Source: Eledone cirrhosa (Eukaryota). From it: DNA of 64,000 bases. The notes beneath the pieces are model-generated. The model made no database searches, had not been told where the DNA came from, and worked only from the letters and a program-made list of their open reading frames with translations. Position 1 is the first letter of the stretch. Each line of letters begins with the position of its first letter. Shown here piece by piece: positions 59,047 through 64,000 of this stretch. Made by a program: the position numbers and the translations under genes. The DNA lies in the NCBI GenBank assembly GCA_964016885.1, contig OZ024742.1, forward strand, positions 294,438,001 to 294,502,000. The letters are read 5' to 3'.

Positions 59047-60842
59047 TAAAGGGTAAAGGGGATGCTCTAGATAGGGGAAACTACAGAGGCATTAAGTTAG
59101 TTGACCAGGTCATGAAGGTCACAGAAAGAGTTATAGCGCAACTAATCAGAGAGCGAATTGATCTACATGAAATGCAGTTTGGGTTTGTGTCAGGTACCGC
59201 GGACACTTTTTTCCTTGTACGACAACTACAGGAAAAGTACCTAGCTAAAAGTAAACCTCTCTACTTAGCTTTTGTAGACCTGGAGAAAGCCTTTGACAGA
59301 GTTCCCCCACTCCATTATCTGGTGGGCTCTTAGAAAACTAGGTATAGATGAATGGCTTGTGAGAGCCATGTATAAAGAAACAGTCAGTAAGGTTAGAATT
59401 AACAATGAATATAGTGAAGAATTTAGTGTAAAAGTTGGTGTTCATCAAGGCTCTGTCCTTAGTCCCCACCTATTTATTATTGCCCTTCAGGCTATAACAG
59501 AGGAGTTTAAGACCGGCTGCCCATGGGAACTCCTATACGCAGATGATCTAATTCTCATAGCTGAATCAATGGCTGAATTAGAGAAGAAATTCGAAACATG
59601 GAAGCATGGCCTAGAATCAAAAGGCCTTAAAGTTAACTTGTCTAAGACTAAAGTTCTAGTATGTAGAAAGGAAAAAAAGGCACAGGTGCCCTCTGGAAAA
59701 TGGCCATGCTCAGTGTGTAGGAAAGGAGTAGGTAGAAATTCCATTTTATGTCCCAAATGCAAACTATGGGTACATTAAAGATGTAGTGGGATCACAGGTA
59801 AACTGTCTAAGAACATAAATTTTATATGTGGCTGATGCTCAGGTGCAATAAGTAGCAGCAAGTGCCCACAGGATACTAGCTCCTTCTATTGCCCAGATGG
59901 TTCTATAGAAATAGTGGACACTTTCCGTTACGTGGGTGACGAAATCAACAGTGGTGGAAGGGTGCTCTGAAAGTACAGTAGCCAGAGTCAGAACAGGATG
60001 GAAAAAGTTTAGAGAGCATATACCTCTATTGGCCGCTAAAGGTTTCTCTCTAAAAATGAAAGGCAGACTGTATGATGCCTGTATACGAACAGCAATGCTA
60101 CATGTCAGTGAGACATGGGCATTGCGTGCAGAGGACCTGCGCAGACTGGAAAGGAATGAAGCATGCAGGCTCTGTTGGATGTGTAATAGTAATATACGTG
60201 AACGGCAAAACATAAATGAACTAAGTGAGAAATTAGGAATAAGAGGGATCAGATGCTGTTTACTTGAGAGAAGACTACGTTGGTATGTCATGTGATGCGC
60301 ATGAAAGACAACAGCTGTATAAAAAAGTGCAGGGCGATCAAAATTGATGGAAGTTACGGAGTAGGCAGACCCAGAAAAATCTGGGACGATTCGATAAATT
60401 CCGACCTTACACACTTACACCTCTCTAAGACAATGTCACTGGACCGAGATCTTTGGCGCTACGCAGTAATACAGAAGACCCGCCTTGCCTATGTACAAAG
60501 CAAAACCTACAGTCAGTAGGCGCCTCTTAACCAAATATACACCCCATCCCACTACCCCTACTCCACCCTCCCACTCCCACCAACACCACCCTCTCACTGT
60601 AACGTTGGTACCACAACATCCAGTCCAAATAAATGAGATAACGAGATTGAGATCGAGATCGTGTAGGTGTCACGACAAAAAAAAACACAGTCCATGCTGT
60701 AATGTACCATGTAGGTAACATGGTAAAAAGTTCCCAGTTCCACACTGTAAATCTGGTTGGTGTTAGGAAGGGCATCCACCCGTAAGAAACCTGCCAGATA
60801 GTCCTATATGAGCGAGATACGGTCACCCGACCAACCTTGCCT
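59047..60842 (+). mobile_element. Decayed RTE LINE with a PHD-like Cys-rich insert in RT
   Basis: KGKGD..NYRGIKL, FVDLEKAFDRVP, GVHQGSVLSP, LLYADD, WPCSVCRKGVGRNSILCPKCKLWVH*RC..IC.*C, RRLRWY; stops and frameshifts; 3' UTR to about 60842. Confidence 0.9.
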
Positions 60843-60852
60843 CAAATTGAAT

Positions 60853-61262
60853 ATCATCATCATGATCATGATCATCACCGTTTCACGTCCATTCTTCCAT
60901 GCTTGCATGGGTTAGACGGGTTGTCCTGTTGTGGGCAGTGTCCAGTCGGCTGACCTTGTCTTGCTCATACGGGAACTGATTCTGGCTTGATTTCTACAGC
61001 TGGATGCCCTTCCTAACACCAACCTCATTTACAGTGAGTGCTGGGTACTTTTTGTCCATGGCGCCTACACGTCCACTTTACAGTGTGGGCTGGGTGTTTT
61101 TTTGCCGTGGCACCTCCACGACAACTTTGCAGTGGAATGATAGGGACCCCAGTCCTATCATCTCATTTCTACAGCTGAGTAAACTAGAGCAATGTGAAAT
61201 AAAGTGTCTTGCTCAAGGAAACAATACATCACCCGGTCTGAGAATTGAACTCACAACCTTTC
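60853..61262 (-). mobile_element. RTE-tail/SINE composite (copy also at 62274-62635)
   Basis: (ATG)n tail; tggatgcccttcctaacaccaacc motif; tRNA-SINE head; 60975-61260 resembles 62330-62595. Confidence 0.65.
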
Positions 61263-61445
61263 CATTATATATAATTAATCCAGGAATTCTGAAGGAATTT
61301 AAGACATTTTTATGTAAGGTATATGGTAAATAGAAGAATTTGATTAAGCAGAATTATAATATATGTGTAAATCCATGTAAGATCATCATCACCGTTTTAC
61401 GTCCGTTCTTCCACGCTAGCATGGGTTAGACGGGTTGTCCTGTTG

Positions 61446-62270
61446 TTTTCATAAAATTAAGCAAGCTAACGGTTTACCAGCAACTTAATAACGGTTAATA
61501 CAAACCCTAGAAAAGATAATTTGTTGATAAAAATGCATAAGATAATATACCTACAATAACAACATGGCCAGTAATTTAACAAACAAACACCTATTGACTA
61601 TAAACGACTCAAAATAATCTCATGGTTAATAGCTGTGAGTTACAAACAACACATACACATACATACAAACTACAACACAAAAACACTTGAATGAAAATCA
61701 CTTATCCAACTCTATCATGTGCTTTGCATTACACCTCACACAACAAATACCTACATTATCACCACATGCCTCTCTAACAAATGGCACACTATCTTAAACA
61801 TTTCTAACAATTAGAACATGCTTTAACACCCCACACAAAAAATGTTTATTTCAACTGCATTATAACTCTTTCCTCAAACATGCCTTATTGACTGTATTGA
61901 CTCCTGCATTGTACACCCATAACATTAACAGCTCTCCAATGTTAAGATATCTTATATCTATCCTATCCCACACTTTTCCTTGCTTATAACTTTTTTGCCT
62001 GTACTTTTTGCTTATACCTCTTACACTTTCAACCAGTGCTGCCTGTAATTATGTTCTCTCAAGCGGAACATCTTTTTATCTCCTGACTCTCCACAGGATG
62101 TCTATGACACTAACAATAATTATGTACCCTAAATGTTCTGAAAGACTAGGATTTTAGTCACATGTTTCGACATTCCCTATGCTCTGATGATTCCAGACTT
62201 CCCTCTGGAAGAAACAATTGTCAACAAATAAATGTTCTAAATTAAAATTTGATCGTTTTAACACTTTGTA
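61446..62270 (+). mobile_element. Old PLE 3' remnant / pLTR
   Basis: CA- and pyrimidine-rich non-coding stretch ending in an HHR followed by aataaa. Confidence 0.6.
62180..62226 (+). ncRNA. Type I hammerhead ribozyme in ACOX3 intron, sense orientation
   Basis: tgct CTGATGA(62184-90) ttccaga-cttccc-tctggaa GAAA(62211-14) caattg TC aaca; one mismatch in stem I. Confidence 0.82.
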
Positions 62271-62640
62271 TATATCATCATCATCATCATTTTACATCTG
62301 CTTTTCCTTGCTTGCAAGGGTGGGACGGTAACTGATTCTGGCTTGATTTCTACAGCTGGATGCCCTTTCTATCACCAACCTCATTTACAGTGAGTGCTGG
62401 GTACTTTTATTCCATGGCGCCTACACGTCCACTGTATAGTGTGGGCTGGGTGCTTTTTTGCCATGGCACCTCCACGACCACTTTGCAGTGGCATGATATG
62501 GACCCCAGTCCTATCATCTCATTTCTACAGCTGAGTAAACTGGAGCAATGTGAAATAACACATCACCCGGTCTGAGAATTGAACTCGCAACCTTTCGATT
62601 GCAAGCCTCATGCTCTAACCACTAAGCCATGTGCCTCTAT

Positions 62641-63645
62641 ATCATCATCATCATCATCATCAACGTTTAACGTCCGTGTTCCACGCTTGCATGGGTTTGG
62701 ACGGGGGTAGTCCCACTTGAGGCAAGAGTGATTGTCTTGCTCGCATAGGACTGTCTGGCAGGTTTTCTACAGTTGGATGCCCTTCCTAACACCAACCACA
62801 TTTACAGTGTGGGTCTGGGAGGTTTTTACCGTGTTGCCTACACGGCCACATTACAGCGTGGACCGTGTGTTTTTTTGTCGTGACACCTACAAGATCTCAT
62901 TTGTTTCGGCCTGCATGGTGTGGCACCAACATAACTTTACATAGAACGGGGTGGTGTGGATGGAATGGGGGGTGGTGGGACGGGGGGGGGGGATATTTTG
63001 TTAGAGATGCCTACTGGCTGTAGTAGGTTTTACTATGTATTTAGGTAAGGCGGGTCTTCTCTGTTACTGAGTACCGCCAAAGGTCTCGGTCCAGTGACAT
63101 TGTCTTGGAGAGGTGTAAGTGTGTGAGGTCGGAGTTTATCAGCTCGTCCCAGGTTTTTCTAGGTCTGCCTATTCCGTGGCTACCGTCTATCTTTATTGCC
63201 CTGCACTTTGTTATACAGCTATCGACTTTCATACGCATCACATGTCCATACCAACGTAGCCTTCTCTCGAGTAAACAACATCTGATCCCTCTTATTTCTA
63301 ATTTTTTCCTTAGTTCGTTTATGCTTTGCCGTTCACGTATATTACTGTTACACATCCAGCGGAGCATGCAAGCTTCGTTCCTCTCTATTCTGCGTATATC
63401 CTCTGCACACAATGCCCAGGTCTCACTGCCATGCAACATTGCTGTTCGTATGCAGGCATCGTACAACCTGCCTTTCATTTTTAGGGAGAACCCTTTAGCA
63501 GCTAATAGTGGTATAAGCTCTCTGAACTTTTTCCAACCAGTTCTGACTCTAGCTACTGTACTTTCAGAGCACCCTCCCCCACTGCTGATTTTATCACCCA
63601 GGTAACGGAAACTGTCCACTATTTCTATAGAACCCTCTGCGCAAT
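62641..63645 (-). mobile_element. RTE LINE 3' fragment, same family as 59047-60842
   Basis: ORF 63041-63619 FRYLGD..MLHGSETWAL..RRLRWYGHVMR..GRPRKTW; 3' UTR and (ATG)n tail. Confidence 0.92.
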
Positions 63646-63662
63646 TGAAATATATATATAAT

Positions 63663-64000
63663 TGTCATCATCACAGTACTGTCATCACCACACTGTACTG
63701 TCATCCCCACACTGTACTGTCATCACCACACTGTACTATCACCACACTGTACTATCATCTCCACACTGTACTGTCATCACCACACTGTACTGTCATCCCC
63801 ATACTGTACTGTCAGCACCACACTGTACTGTCATCACCACACTGTACTGTCATCACCACACTGTACTGTCATCACACTGTACTGTCATCACCACACTGTA
63901 CTGTCATCCCCACACTGTACTGTCATCACCACACTGTACTGTCATCCCCACACTGTACTGTCATCACCACACTGTACTGTCATCCCCCACACTGTACTGT
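63663..64000. repeat. 19-bp minisatellite (gtcatcaccacactgtact)n
   Basis: At least 17 head-to-tail copies with no spacers; runs off the window end. Confidence 0.95.

Noticed and set aside
63663-64000. CRISPR-like regular repeats
   Set aside because: Head-to-tail 19-mers without unique spacers in a eukaryotic intron: a minisatellite.

Overview
AT-rich, repeat-dominated animal genomic DNA. A cephalopod (octopus-like) source is inferred from the SINE/LINE types and the microsatellite load, not demonstrated. Bases 1-39.7 kb are a very large (TA)n/(TATATG)n microsatellite field filled with retroelement insertions. These include three Penelope-like elements (PLEs, RT + GIY-YIG), many solo or fold-back PLE pseudo-LTRs, RTE LINE pieces, and an apparently intact two-ORF CR1/L2-type LINE. 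That LINE has no AUG for ORF2 and a U UUU UUA slippery site, suggesting a -1 frameshift. Bases 40-64 kb hold a Helitron-type element, MITEs, SINEs, Dong/R4, Tx1, CR1 and RTE fragments, and the first three coding exons of a peroxisomal acyl-CoA oxidase 3 (ACOX3). The main hidden signal is about 18 whole or half type I hammerhead ribozyme (HHR) motifs from a dozen or more sequence families. Two carry a compensatory U3:A8 core and a third is a decayed U3:A8 remnant. Three palindromic insertions fold back exactly in HHR stem II, which suggests snap-back self-priming. Almost all long ORFs in the supplied track are microsatellite artefacts. All structures were read by eye, so coordinates may be off by a few bases.
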